From: Chlorokybus atmophyticus
Taxonomy: Eukaryota > Plantae > Mesostigma and Chlorokybus algae
Length of the DNA stretch: 64,000 bases
Reading direction: 5' to 3'
NCBI GenBank assembly: GCA_009103225.1
Contig: RHPI01000003.1
Location: 218,900-282,899, forward strand
Within the stretch, counting starts at the first letter, position 1, and every line of letters starts with the position of its first letter. The notes under the pieces were generated by a model, which saw only the letters and a list, made by a program, of their open reading frames with translations, was not told the origin of the DNA and searched no databases. Made by a program: the position numbers and the translations under genes. Below, one piece after another: positions 39,429-51,947 of this stretch.

Positions 39429-41867
39429 ATGGCGGACCAGACTACCAGCAACATCGGCCATGACAGCAAGTTGGCGCCTGGCGCCTCCATGCACGGCGTC
39501 ACGGGACGCGAGCCTGTGCTTTCCCTGGCCAGCAAGGTGTGACACGCTTTGTGCAAGCGCAGCATGGTCCTCAGTTTGTTGCATTCTGCTCTGCGTCATT
39601 GCTCACATGATGGGGATTGCAGGCGGATGTGGTGGACTCCGGTGCAGGCAAGTTCCCACTTCCAGTGGACACCCTTCACAAAGCCAAGACCATCAGGCTG
39701 TTCTCTATAGCGCAGGTACAGCTGCGCACACCAGATATCCAGCATGCAATGGAGTCTGTATGAGTGATTATCTGGTTGTAACTCAATTATAGCACCCTTA
39801 TTGAAGTTGCTTGTGTTGCAGCCACACATGCGTGCATTTCACCTTTCCTGGCTCGCCTTCTTCACCTCATTCCTTTCCACCTTCGCTGCTGCACCCCTGC
39901 TGCCGATCATCCGCGAGGACCTCAACCTCACAAAGCCTGAAGTTGCCAACGCCGGCATTGCTGCTGGTCAGTGAGCACTACAGCCACATACATTGTCAGT
40001 TGATCTGCTCGTCTTCATGTGTGAGAGCTCAACTTGACGCGCTTGAATGTTTGCAGTGACTGGTACCATCGCATCTCGCATTGCCATGGGTGCGATCTGT
40101 GACATGGTGGGTCCGCGGTATGGCATCAGCTTTCTCATGCTGCTGACCGCTGTGCCCGTTTTCTGCATGTCCCTCGTTCAAAGGTACAGCTGAACAGCAT
40201 AGTAGTAGCAGGCCTGCTGCTGGTTGATCTACTTGGATGCGCAAGCAGTGTCAAGTGACTAACTCAACCTACTTGCTGTTTCAGCTATGGTGGCTTTATC
40301 ACTGCACGTCTGTTCATTGGTTTCGGGCTTGCGACGTTCGTGGCCACGCAGTACTGGGCCAGCACCATGTTCAGCAGCAGGATTGTGGGCATGGCTAATG
40401 CTACCACGGCTGGCTGGGGAAATGCCGGAGGTGGTTTTACACAAGTATGTAACGGTAGAGCAGCACTCTTTGCCAAAGCTTCTTGCTAGAGTGGTGACGT
40501 GATACTGACACTGCGTTGTCCTGTCGCAGTTGATCATGCCGCTCATCTTCAGGCTGATTGCTGCAATCAATGGCAATGATTTTGTTGCGTGGCGGATCGC
40601 CTTCTTTGTCCCTGGCGTGGCGCATGTTCTTCTGGGTATGGCTGTCCTCATGTTCTCCCAGGATCTTCCTGATGGTACATTTGCGCAACTTATCAAGAAA
40701 GGCGAGAAGGCGATTGATAAGCCAAAGGGAGTTTTCCTCATCGGCCTGAGGAACTACCGCATGTAAGCACTGAACCTGCATGCCTGATGCACTCCACCAA
40801 TGGGAATGCCGCTGTTGCATCTACTTATCATGCAATTACCCTCAGGTGGTGCTTGGTGGCCACATACGCGTTCTGCTTCGGCGTTGAGCTCACCGTGGAC
40901 AACGTTGCTGCAACCTACTTCTATGATCGCTTCGATGTGAACCTCGAGGTGTCTGGCGTCATTGCCTCTTGCGTCGGCATGGCCAACATCTTTGCCCGAC
41001 CCCTCGGCGGTATCACGTCAGACTTGATGGCCAGAAAGTTTGGCATGCGAGGCCGTCTGTGGACCCTCTGGACTGTTCAGGTGCGTCCACTGATGGAGAT
41101 AGGTAGCAGTATGTTGGCATTGCACTTGGTATTAACTGTTATCACTCCGCAGACAATCGCTGGTGTGCTCGCCATCGTCCTTGGCCGCATGAACTCTCTG
41201 TGGTCGTCTGTACTGCTCTATGTCATCTTTGGCATCTTCATTGATGCATCCTGCGGGTGCACTTACGGCATCGTGCCTTTCATCTCACGACGCGCGCTCG
41301 GCATTGTGTCCGGTTTCATTGGTGCCGGAGGCAATGCTGGTGGAGCATTGAACCAGGTAGGCATCACGTCATCACTGCTCCTTTGTAAACTGCGCCGATT
41401 GCCGTTCAATGCTCACACTGTGTGTTCGCAGGCTATCTGGTTCCAGAACACGGATCGATTCGCTGAAGAGGACGGTATCACATACATGGGCATAGCGATG
41501 GTCGGCGTGACTCTCCTTATCATCCCCATTAGTTTCCCTCAATGGGGTTCTATGTTCTTTGGTCCATCCAGCAAGGGTGTCACGGAAGAAGACTACTACG
41601 CCAGCGAGTGGACAGAGGAGGAGGTCAAGCAGGTATGTTGTTTTAATGTTGCTTGCATACCAACCAAATGCAACATCTTGCTTGCGAGGTTGCTGCCCTG
41701 GCGCTGGTAGTTACTCACCTGAATCTCAATGCGTGCAGAACAAGCACAAGGACTCCATGCTATTTGCCGAAACTGCTCGCAAGTCGGAGCGTCCTCGTGC
41801 TGAGCGAGATCAGCTGGTAGAGCTGGAGGCGCCAACAGTGAAGGCACACGCAGTCATCGCTGCTTAG
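39429..41867 (+). CDS. NRT2: High-affinity nitrate transporter NRT2 (MFS, NNP family)
   Basis: Motifs [69 protein letters not shown] and FPQWGSMF. Confidence 0.98.
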
Positions 41868-42237
41868 AGTAGGAGTATGCTCTGCATTGGTTGGTATATA
41901 GTATACAATTATAGCCTTAGCGTGTACAGTGCGTTAATCAGTTATTGGAGATGATTTGCAACAAGGATTCAGCGTTTCAAGTTTCACACAAGTGTGTGGA
42001 CTGTTTAACCCTGCCGGTAACAACCAAAAGCTGCTTGCCTTCTTCTGTAATTGCTGTGATACTGCCCCAGCACTGTTTGCACGTTCCTTGTATCTGCAGA
42101 GTGACCCAGTTACGCCTGCGCGATCAATAACCGCTTTGTCTGTCAGTGGCTTTTTCACTTCCTGTGATGAGCATGCAGCGCACAGGCTATCTACACATGA
42201 AAAATGCCATGTGATACATATACTTGTTGGTATCAAG

Positions 42238-42239
<2 letters not shown>

Positions 42240-42281
<42 letters not shown>
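42240..42281. repeat. (GA)n microsatellite
   Basis: Direct GA dinucleotide run. Confidence 0.95.
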
Positions 42282-42284
<3 letters not shown>

Positions 42285-42780
42285 GAATCAGATATGTAAG
42301 CAAGATTTGCAGCGCAGGTGTCTAGGAATGCTATAATACTCAATTCAATGCTGCCACAATTGTCACAGTATGTACGCAATGTAGCAAAGCACAGTTGCAA
42401 CACAGGGTTAGCTGACCCATGGTCAACACGCAACACTGTCAGTGTCAGCTGAGCAGTTGCTGGTACATTGCCAATTGACAATGTGGCTTTGGGGTAGGCT
42501 AAAATTGTGGTCCTGTGCAACAACTGCACAACACACAATTACTACCACCGATTGCACGACATGCTGGCTGACAACAAGTGATTGCAAGGACAGGTAGAAA
42601 CTATACAGGGGTTTGTACAATTCCCATATGTACGGACAATAACCTTTAGCCACATGTTACACTACTGACTTGTGAGCAAATCAATCGCTGTCCTGCTCGC
42701 ACAATATGAACACAAGTTTTGCTGTACAAATGTACACATACACAGTTTATGTGGGCGAATAGATATCCTTCAATCCCAAC

Positions 42781-43630
42781 TCACTGCCGCCAGGGCGCTC
42801 CCGGGTGCAGGTACAGCAGCACGCAGAACAGCGCCATGATGGCATAGGACCCTATCAGCATTGCGCCTGCGTTGCCCCACAGGTTAAGAAGCAAGTCCAC
42901 CCCGCCGCCCATGTCGTACTTGCCCCCGTTCACGTCCCTCAACCCCGCTGGACGCTCGCCACTGGTTGCCTGCACATGAAGAAGATTGTACACGCGCACA
43001 CGCACTCACATAGACAAGTGCCTATGCACCCAGGCGCACGCGCTCACGCACATGCACATGAGCACCCACACACATATGCACAAAGTCACAGTCACAGTCA
43101 CAGTCACGTCATGTGCATGCGCACATAAGCACATGCACATGTTATCGCCCAAGTACACACCAGTGCTGTGTACTTGGGAGCAGAGACGTCTATCTCTCGC
43201 TCACCTTTATTGGCCACTTTGTCTTGGCTGCTTTGGGCCTTTCTGGCCAAAGCTGGTCCAGCTGTGCCTCTGAGAGCTGTTGCGTCGCACTCACACCGGC
43301 ATCATCATAACTGCTGCTGCTGTTATTGTTGATGCTATTGTTCTTAATGTTGTCGTCGTTGGTAATGTTGTTGCTAATGGCACTCCCACGCTCACTGCGG
43401 TCAGACATAGCGAACACGCGCGCCCACGCTGCATCCCACTTGGACTCATCATCTGTTCACGCAATGTTACCAACTTGGCTTGCCTGCATGCTAGTGCAAT
43501 TCAAAGCACCCCAACTGTGCGTACTTGTGCTGCGGCTGCTGTTGGTGCTGTTGTCATTATTGTTGCTTGCCCTGCACTTCCAAACAACGCGGCGTTGCCT
43601 TGCTTGCCTGCCTGAACTTGGCTGGATCTG
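42781..43630 (-). CDS. Small hypothetical protein with transit-peptide-like N-terminus and C-terminal TM helix (start not resolved)
   Basis: Spliced frame RQARQRRVVWKCRAS...|NDESKWDAAWARVFAM...LWPERPKAAKTKWPIK|ATSGERPAG...LWGNAGAMLIGSYAIMALFCVLLYLHPGAPWRQ*. Confidence 0.6.
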
Positions 43631-43735
43631 CGTGATTCATGCGACGTATTTGCATGCAAGCACTGAAGCAAGCCAAGGAAAGGAAAGAGTTGGAATGAAA
43701 CAGGAGTCAACCGAATCACTCAAAGTGGGAAAACA

Positions 43736-45314
43736 ATGAAGAAACCTAACCAACTGCTGTTCAGACCAACAACCACGCTTCTACGAAGGCAACAACAATT
43801 GCTGCATTCAAGGTATGTTCACGACTGGTAGTAAGTTTGCTATGTGTAAGTGACAAACGTGTGCATGGCCTTGGTCTCAGTCAATTTCAAGTACTGAAAG
43901 TACATGAATCCAGTCCCCGCCGCCCACACTCTATGTGTCCATCCAGCAGCACATGTGCACTGTAGACATACGACAACGAGTGGGCAACCCCGTATGGAAA
44001 GTTTGCATAGCGTGCACGCGACCAGACGTGGATGCATTCACCACCATGTAAACACCTCTTCATCCTTGATCACACCCATGCAAGCAGCAGAGTCTCTGCC
44101 CTACCGTCAGCAGCGGCGTGGCCGTCAGCCTGCCCGCAGCCACTCCGCCGTACACTGCACTGGCGTCATTGCCGACAGCGGTACCGCAGCAACGCACCGC
44201 CGCCGCCATGTCGCGGAGGTGGAGGTAGACGACGTCAATGCTGTTGTTGACTACTTTGTGTGCGTACGTGTCCTTGTTGCTTCGTACTGTGCCACGTCGC
44301 ACAACGCCTAAAGCACACGGTCTGGTTATAGAAGACACGCAGCTGATTTTCTTAATGTGACGACATTGACGAATTCGAGTGGTCCCAGTGGTCAGTGACC
44401 ACTGGGTACCGTCACGCAGTCCCTGCGGTCATTTACATGCATGTCCCCTCGACGAATTGAAATGCTCTCACGCTGTGCAGAGGCACGCGATAATAATACA
44501 CATTTGGTGCGTGATCCAGCGTGATCCACTAGCTGGAGGAGGGGGGAAGATGATGGGATTTATTAACTGAAGGTCTGAGCGTGGGCTGCCGCCGATCCTG
44601 AGTGAGCAGAGCTTTCTGGTGGAGCAGCGCAAGTGTGAGCAGGAGAGGTGGGTGATAGATTGGGTTTGGGGTTTGATTTTGTTTGTTACTAAGCTGCGGA
44701 AGCATGCAAGTTATGGTATAAAAGTTGATGGTGTGCCCTCTGCTTACTCCCTTTCCTTTGGTTGGCTCCTTTCTTGTATGTGTGGTCATTGCTGCTGTGC
44801 TGCCACCTGTGAGGCTGTGGCATACATACAGTTGGCTTCGCAAGCCGGGGCTTCAGCGGCTTCCTATCAGGCAGTTCTGGTCCTATATCACATGTCTGTC
44901 TATTTGTTTTTTTGTGTTAATAAGCGCACCCACAAACACAATTGCATTATTCCGTGTATGCATGCATGGCTGAATTGTTTCGGTGTGTGCTCTTGGTTGA
45001 CACAGCGCTGTTCCAACTTTTCTTGTCTTTTGTTTCTCCACACAGGCTCTTGTCTCTCATCTGATGATTGCACTCGCATGCGTCGCGCAATGCAAGTCTT
45101 AGCTTTAAGGTGGCCTCGCTTATCGATGACTCCATTGCTGTCGCCTTCACTCCAGCCATCGTCTCTCTCATCGCCATCCCCACAACATCAAAACAAGCGG
45201 CCTCGCATATCATTTGAGAGGACCCACGCGAGCATTTGCGACAGCAACAGCAACGCTCCTGCAGTAATCAAACCCAACGGTAACAGCGCCCCATCCAAAC
45301 ACTTTACCCTCCCC
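43736..45314 (+). CDS. Hypothetical multi-exon coding region, either a separate gene or an N-terminal extension of the downstream nucleotidyltransferase
   Basis: ATG at 43736 (MKKPNQLLFRPTTTLLRR...). Exons give VDYFVPCGHLHACPLDELKCSHAVQRSERGLPPILSEQSF...SYGIKVDGVPSAYSLSFGWLLSFGFASRGFSGFLS. The model needs non-canonical GC donors. Confidence 0.5.
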
Positions 45315-47725
45315 ATGGACGTCGACGTTCATCAAGCAGTGCAGGCATGTTTTGTGTTGTGTACATACGTTGGTCTGTGTCTAGACCGCATGCATGCAGC
45401 ATTCGGCCACATGCAGGCGCATACTTCTTATAGCAGTGGTGTGCGCATGCAATTGTGTCTGAGTTGCTGTATGTCATATGTTTTGCAGAGAATTGACAAT
45501 GCGGGCACGAAGGTCGTGATTGTAGCCACTGGAGGCGCTGCACAGGTAGCCATCCAATGTGACACAACGTATACATTGCAATGCATGCAGGGTTCTCTGA
45601 TAGCTGCATTTGACGTCATCTTCATGTTGAGGTTTGTGCTTCTCTTGTGTTAGGCGCTCAGTTGGCTTATGGCCGTGCCGGGCGCTTCGAACGTGCTTCT
45701 GGAAGCAAGCGTCCCGTACACCCAAACCTCACTCATCGAAACCATTGGCAAGGTAAGCATGTCTCTATGCAGCCCGCACGTCAAACACATGTCGCACCAC
45801 TACTTCTCCTGCCAAGAGTGCATATGTGCACACACAGTGCATGCGCATACACAAACACACGTTCACGCATGCACGCACACATGTGCTCTTACACTGTGCG
45901 TCTATCAGGAGCCGGAGCAAAGTGTGAGCGCAAGCACAGCCCGCGACCTTGCTCGAGCGGCATACCTGCGCGCGTTGCACCTCACTCCACCCGGTGTGTG
46001 TTCAAACTGAGTTCACCTTCACGATAAACCTCATATGTCTCTTTTCTCAACCGCATTGTTGTCGTAGGCACCGTGGTTGCTGGCCTTGGTTGCACGTGCG
46101 CGCTTGCCACCACACGACCGAAGCGCGGGCGGCACCGGTGTTGCATTGCATCCCACAACGGCAAGGAGATAAGGTGAGTCTCACATGCTCTGCATGGCAT
46201 GCATGTGGGCATGCTGTTGATGTGGTGTCTGTGTAGGGAGTACACATTGGTGTTGAGGAAGGAAGCCCGACAGCGCTTTCAAGAAGACGCTGTGGCATCT
46301 CGCCTTTTGTTACAAGTACGGACGGGTGCACATAAATCAACAAGTTTGGTGTCCCACACTTTTGTTTAAGTTGGATGTGTGCAGGCTCTGGCTGAGGCGT
46401 GCGGGCTGCGGGATGTGCACATATCGTTGGGATTGTTGGGCAAGTCGGATGTTGTGGACAGCGACGGTGAAGACAGTGAGGAGGAGGAGGAGAGGGTTGT
46501 TCGCTCTATCCATGCTGTGGACGACCCCATTGATGCCTTAATGAAAGGTTGTCTGTGCGGGCGTGTACTTAAAGTTGAAGTTGTTGACATGTTGCATGTG
46601 ACTTCATGCTAGCCTCTATTTAATATCAGGTGAGGTCAGTTTGGTCCAGTTTGAGTTCCCAAGTGGCATTGTCAACCTGGATGCCGCACGAGGGCGTGTA
46701 TTTCTGCCTGGATCCTTCAACCCGCTCCACCACGGCCACACAAAGCTCCTGGCCGCTGCCGCAAAGTATGCTCACGCCTACTCTCGCTCGTGCATCGATC
46801 ATGTTGGCGTCCAGTGCATGCTGCGCATCTGTCTTGCCGTGTTGCACGACGTTACAACAGTGACTGACTGGCTGGTAACTACAGGGCAGCAGAGTGTCCG
46901 CCGTCCATGGCGTGCTGTGAAATATCAGCAGTGAACGCGGATAAACCGGCTATATCAGCAGAAGAGGCGCGCAAGCGTGTCGCGCAGTTTCGTGAAGCAG
47001 GTGTGCATGTGCGTACATTTTTGTGTCGTCTACTTTCTTGTGTACGCGCGTGCGCATGCAAGCATGTGTGGGTGGGTGGGTGGGTGGGTGGGTGGGGGAG
47101 AGTGTGTACGTGTGTGCATGTAAGGATGCGCGGAAGCTACATGCAGATGTGGCATTGCTGGCTTTCGTGTTGACTCTCTTTTTCTTACAGGTATCAGTGT
47201 GGTGCTCACAAACGCCCCTCGCTTTGTAGACAAGGCTGCGCTCATCCGCGACAGCACGTTTGTGGTTGGAGTGGATACCGCAGCACGCCTTGTTCAGGTG
47301 CGGGCACGCGTCGCATCCAGTATGTGTGTTTACGAGTCTATATCGCGCTTTTTGTCTTACACTTTGTGTGGAGCACATGCGCAGCCAAAATTCTACGGCG
47401 ACAGTGAAGCGGGTATGATTAAGGCCCTCGCAGACTTGTACAAATTGAACTGTAGGTTTCTGGTCGCTGGAAGGCAAGTTGAAGGCAAATTCTTGGTAAG
47501 TTGACCTGGTTATCCTATGCCAGGTGCTGTAATGTTGCAGCTGCACATACAGCCTCAACAGTACGTAGTAATGCGCTGTTATAAGTCTGCATGCTGTTCT
47601 GACAGGAGCTAAAAGACATTACAATTCCGCCGGGATTTGACTTCATGTTCAAAGACATCCCCGCAACGGATTTCCGGGAGGACATCTCTTCAACAGAGAT
47701 ACGCAATCGCATGCAACAGCCATGA
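45315..47725 (+). CDS. Nucleotidyltransferase superfamily protein (CinA-like N-domain plus NMNAT-like HxGH domain; At2g01220/At3g27610-like)
   Basis: Motifs GGAAQALSWLMAVPGASNVLLEASVPY, LATTRPKRGRHR, FLPGSFNPLHHGH, EISAVNADKP, FVDKAALIRDSTFVVGVDTAARL, CRFLVAGR and FREDISSTEIR. Confidence 0.92.
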
Positions 47726-49060
47726 TCGTGCACAGAGCACCGCACATGTGTTTGCTGGTTGGGGTGTATTAGTGGAGGGTTGGTCGGTAAGGCGGTGCTG
47801 AAACCTTAAACCTGTCACTGCAACGAACTGGTGCGTTGCATCGTGTTGCGTAACATTAGGGGTAGCTAATGGTTGGTTTGATTAACTTAGGTTGTGCTCC
47901 TTTAGCCAGACGGGTAGGTTGTATTCAATAAACACTCTTGCGGATAGATTGTGCTATCTTCTGGTATCGTCAAGTTTTCGGTGTAAGCTTATGACAGTGT
48001 TTGAAGGAATTGTTTGAAGGAATTCCCATTCACATTGCATCTCTAAAACAGTTTTGAAGATTTGTGTACAATCACGGGTCTCCTTCAGGGCCTTTGAAAC
48101 TTATTGCCATTTTAAGCCTCAAATTAAATTGAATCAACAAAATGCAAGATACCAATTGTCCTGCAACGGAAAATTGACGACATCAACATAATATGTTAAC
48201 ACTCAAAGGCATTGGCGACTGAGTTCACCTTGTGAGTATTAAATTCAAAGTACATAGTTCCGCCCCCCCCCCCCCTTCCCCCTCCGTGGTACCCTTAGCA
48301 TTCATCATTGCAATTCGATAATTCATTATTACAATGGTGGCATTACCACAATGCTAGTGTTGGAGAGTTTTTACCTTGCTTGGTGGTATGAAATCATAGC
48401 TGTTGAAGGGCTTGCTATATGGTTTCAAAACAAATGGTGGTTTATCTATGCCTACCTGTTAATTATTAAACTTGTATTCGTAACTTGCGAGAAAAGATCA
48501 TGTCCAGATAGGGCATTCTGCGACATATTGGCCTTCTCGTTTGTATATAAGCTCATAATTTTATGCTTACATTGCCTTTAAATAACGGTATGTATTAAGA
48601 ATGATCACGGGGATATATCTGCGTAATTACATTGAGTGCATTTGCGATATGTGTATTGCAACTGAGATATTTGACGAAATATGCAAGCAGGCAACTTGCA
48701 TTATCAGCACCTATTGTACCTTCATGGATGGGGTTGCTACTTGCTACTAGCAAGTCGCTAGTTGGCTTGCAATTGAGAATTTTGATGCCTCTAAATGACT
48801 GTTTGTTACGTCCCTTCCCCCAACAAGTGAGATTGCGACACGTTTCATGCACGCCACATGCAACTTCGCGTGCTTCGGCGGCGACGGCGGTGAGGTGGTC
48901 GTTGTCGTCGTGCTTGTTGTGGACCGCCGTGGGAGTGTCTAAGCAGTTTAACAAGCGTTTGGTGGCTTGAGAGCAGCTTGTCCTGACACAAGTGCTAAGC
49001 TAAGCTGAGCAGCCTGTAAGCTGGGGTGGCGACAGCAGGTTGGTGGGGAGTTGGTCAAGC

Positions 49061-50449
49061 ATGGCGGCGACGGCGCCGGGCTACTCCTCCGTCGGGTACG
49101 CACCTCCTCCGCCTGAGGCTCAGCAAGCGATGCCGCCGCCTGCTGACGGACACCACCATACCCAGGCGTTCGCCCCGCCGCCGGCCCCGGCCGGCGGCTA
49201 CCCCGCTGTCGGCGCCGGCTACCCGGAGGTCCCCCAGGGCATCCCCAAGCCTGAGGGCTATCCGGGACTCCATGAACCCCCCGTTCAGGGCACACCCGTG
49301 CCGCAGCAAGCGTTCACGCAGGTTCGCCGCCTGTTGAACGCGTTGAACCACCGACTGGTCGTTTTGCTTATCGGTGTGCAAACATCACAACTTGCAGCGC
49401 ATGTGGCGACCCTCAACAGTTGTGACAGCAATTGAATTACTATTCGTGTGTTTGCTGGCATATGGCCACCAGCAGCGCCAGCGGCAATTTGCACACATGC
49501 TCGGAAGGTTTCTTGCCTCCTGGAACATTTATGTTGGTGCATGGCTTTGAGTACATGCATTATGAGAGAAAGGATTCTTGGCAGGAGATGTTTTGAGGAA
49601 AGCGTGCAGCTGTGGGATGTTGTGTACATTTTTGCCATCATTACAAGGCTTTCAGCATTAGAGGTTGCGTGGCTAGTATTACTTCGCAGCTGATTGAACA
49701 CCATCGCTTGTTGTGTGTCAATGCATACATGGTTGCAAGCATACTACAACCATTCCCAATTGTTTACACGAGTGCTTGGTGGAACTTGGGTCAGTTGCAA
49801 TAATGAGAGAAGGAAGGTCTGGTAGGTGTAAGCAGCCCATGCAGTTTGCCCGTCCCGGTCTTGGCATCTCATGCTTGTATAGTAACATGCAGTGTGCATG
49901 TATGGGTCGCAACTGTCACATACAAGCCATGGTTGCAGCTGTGACTAACATGTGCTTACGCTATGTGTGTGCTGGTGTCACGCAGCACATGGCAGCAGCA
50001 CCGGCCCTGCCTATTCTTCCAGATGGGAACCTGCACTTAGGTGCCACCAACGCCAACATGCCCATACTCTTCAAGTGCGCACGATGCGGCTGGCAGGTGT
50101 GTTCAATGTTTTATGGCTGCGTCTTGGCAGTATGCCAACAAGATTGCACATGCAGTCGGTTGACCGCACTTTGTATAGCTGTCACCTCCTTGCATGTGCA
50201 TGGTGTGTGCATGCATGCGCGCAAGTGTAGTGTTCCTGCGTGTTTGTGTGTGCTTCTTGTTGGTGTTCATGTCCTGTTGTCATACAGGGACCCAGCAACA
50301 TTACAAGGCAAAGGGGTGCGGCCGCGTGGCTTTGCTGCGTGGCAACCTGCCTGTTCTGCTTTCTGTTGGACTGTTGCCCCTGCTTGTTCGACACCTATCA
50401 CACGTGTCCCAACTGCGGCATTGAGCTTGGGGAGCAAAAACTTATGTAA
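49061..50449 (+). CDS. LITAF-like zinc-ribbon domain protein (GILP-like) with proline-rich N-terminus
   Basis: PPP/GYP-rich N-terminus, then CARC, a hydrophobic Cys-rich segment and HTCPNC; three exons. Confidence 0.9.
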
Positions 50450-51947
50450 TGCGTGCAGATGTGGAATGAACGGGTTGAGGGGTATTGCTTATAGGAGTAT
50501 ACAGCATTGTATGTCTGTAATTAGGTTGGGAGCGATCGTGCATGCCTACGACGGTCTATTAGAGTTAGGCAGCATATTTTGTACTTGTAATTGATTCAAA
50601 AACGTGCCTGGGTCATGGCAACACTGCCGTTGTAAATAGCATTTTTGGGTGTACATTGGAAAAGCTTCTTGTTGCATTGGTTGTTGGGTAATGCGTGATC
50701 ACGGCTTGTTGCGCGTGTAGTCTACACACTCAAATGGAAGTCAAACCGACTCGGTTACATCCGCCGCTGTTAAAATTTGCTCTACTGTGGTTCCGTTGGC
50801 AGCAAATGCTGCATGCAACCGGCGTTAACGTTGACCTGTGTATACAATCTGTATTGTGCAGGCATACCTTCGTCTGGAATTGTGTGCATGGACGCTCTGA
50901 GCTTGTGAGTGTTTGAAGAGGGTGGCCACTGCAAGTCTAACTGCACATCATGGGGTCACATCGCTTGACAGCATGTGACCCCCCCCCATGTGGCCACACC
51001 AAGACGTTAGCCACTGTAGGTTCTCTGTCAGCTTCCGTACATTGGCTGCTCGGAGGTGGCGGAGGCAGCAGCGGCGGCGGCGGCGGCGGCGGTGGTGGCA
51101 GTGGCGGTGGCGTACAGTGCGGCTGTGAGTGTGTGGCTGCGTGTGCAGCGTTCAACGCGAGTTGGGTTGCTGCTTGTCGCGGCGGACGTTTGGTTTGGGA
51201 AAAGGCTTTTTCGCTAAGTAGGGTTTCTACCGGTGTGGTGCTCAGAGCCAAGCCCGCTGCCTTCTCGCAAAGGGGCGGTTGCTGCAGGTCTACTTTACTG
51301 CTTCAACTCTTCTGCGCCAGGGGTTTTGCGGCGAAGCTCCAGTCCGAAGAGCGAAGTTAAAGCTCTCTGGTGGGTTCTCTACGCCATTGGTGGCGCAGTG
51401 CGATATGATAGGTCGCAATGCGAGTCTGCTTTGCGTAGTCTGTAGGCTACTTCGCACAGCAATTATTGTGCATGCACCGCCATGCAGCAGCTGGGGTGGA
51501 AGTTAGGTCGTGCAGCGCAAGAGGCGTGTTGGTGATTGTTACTCCAGGATTTGATTGTCGTCACAGCTGTCGAGTTGAGCTAGAGTCATGCAAGCATCAA
51601 TTTGGTGGATGAAGTGTCTGAGGTCCTTATTCGCATGCATATTGCAGTTGCTATACCACGACAGTGCTTATGGGAGAACACATTGCCCTCTCACATCTGC
51701 ATGTTTGATTATGCATGTAGCATGCATTTTGCTGTCGCTAGCGGGTTGTTCCAAACACTCTACTGAATGCTGACTAGAGCACACGTTACCTAACTATGCT
51801 CTGAATGGCGTGCTTCTGACTTACAGACAGTCAATTCGGTTTGAGTCACAGATCAGTCTTACTCAAAGTTGGGTGCTGCTTGTCGGGCCTTTTGTGCATG
51901 TCCTGCGTTTTCTACTCATTCACACTGTGTGCGTCCTTCACACAGAC

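Noticed and set aside
44619-45653. 344-aa continuous ORF
   Set aside because: It reads through several introns; only parts are true exons.
48480-48560. YELIYKREGQYVAECP, resembling a HicB antitoxin N-terminus
   Set aside because: Only 16 residues, flanked by stops in AT-rich DNA; most likely chance.
50950-51360. Gly-rich 136-aa ORF
   Set aside because: Derived from a GGC repeat in the probable promoter/5'UTR of the downstream gene.
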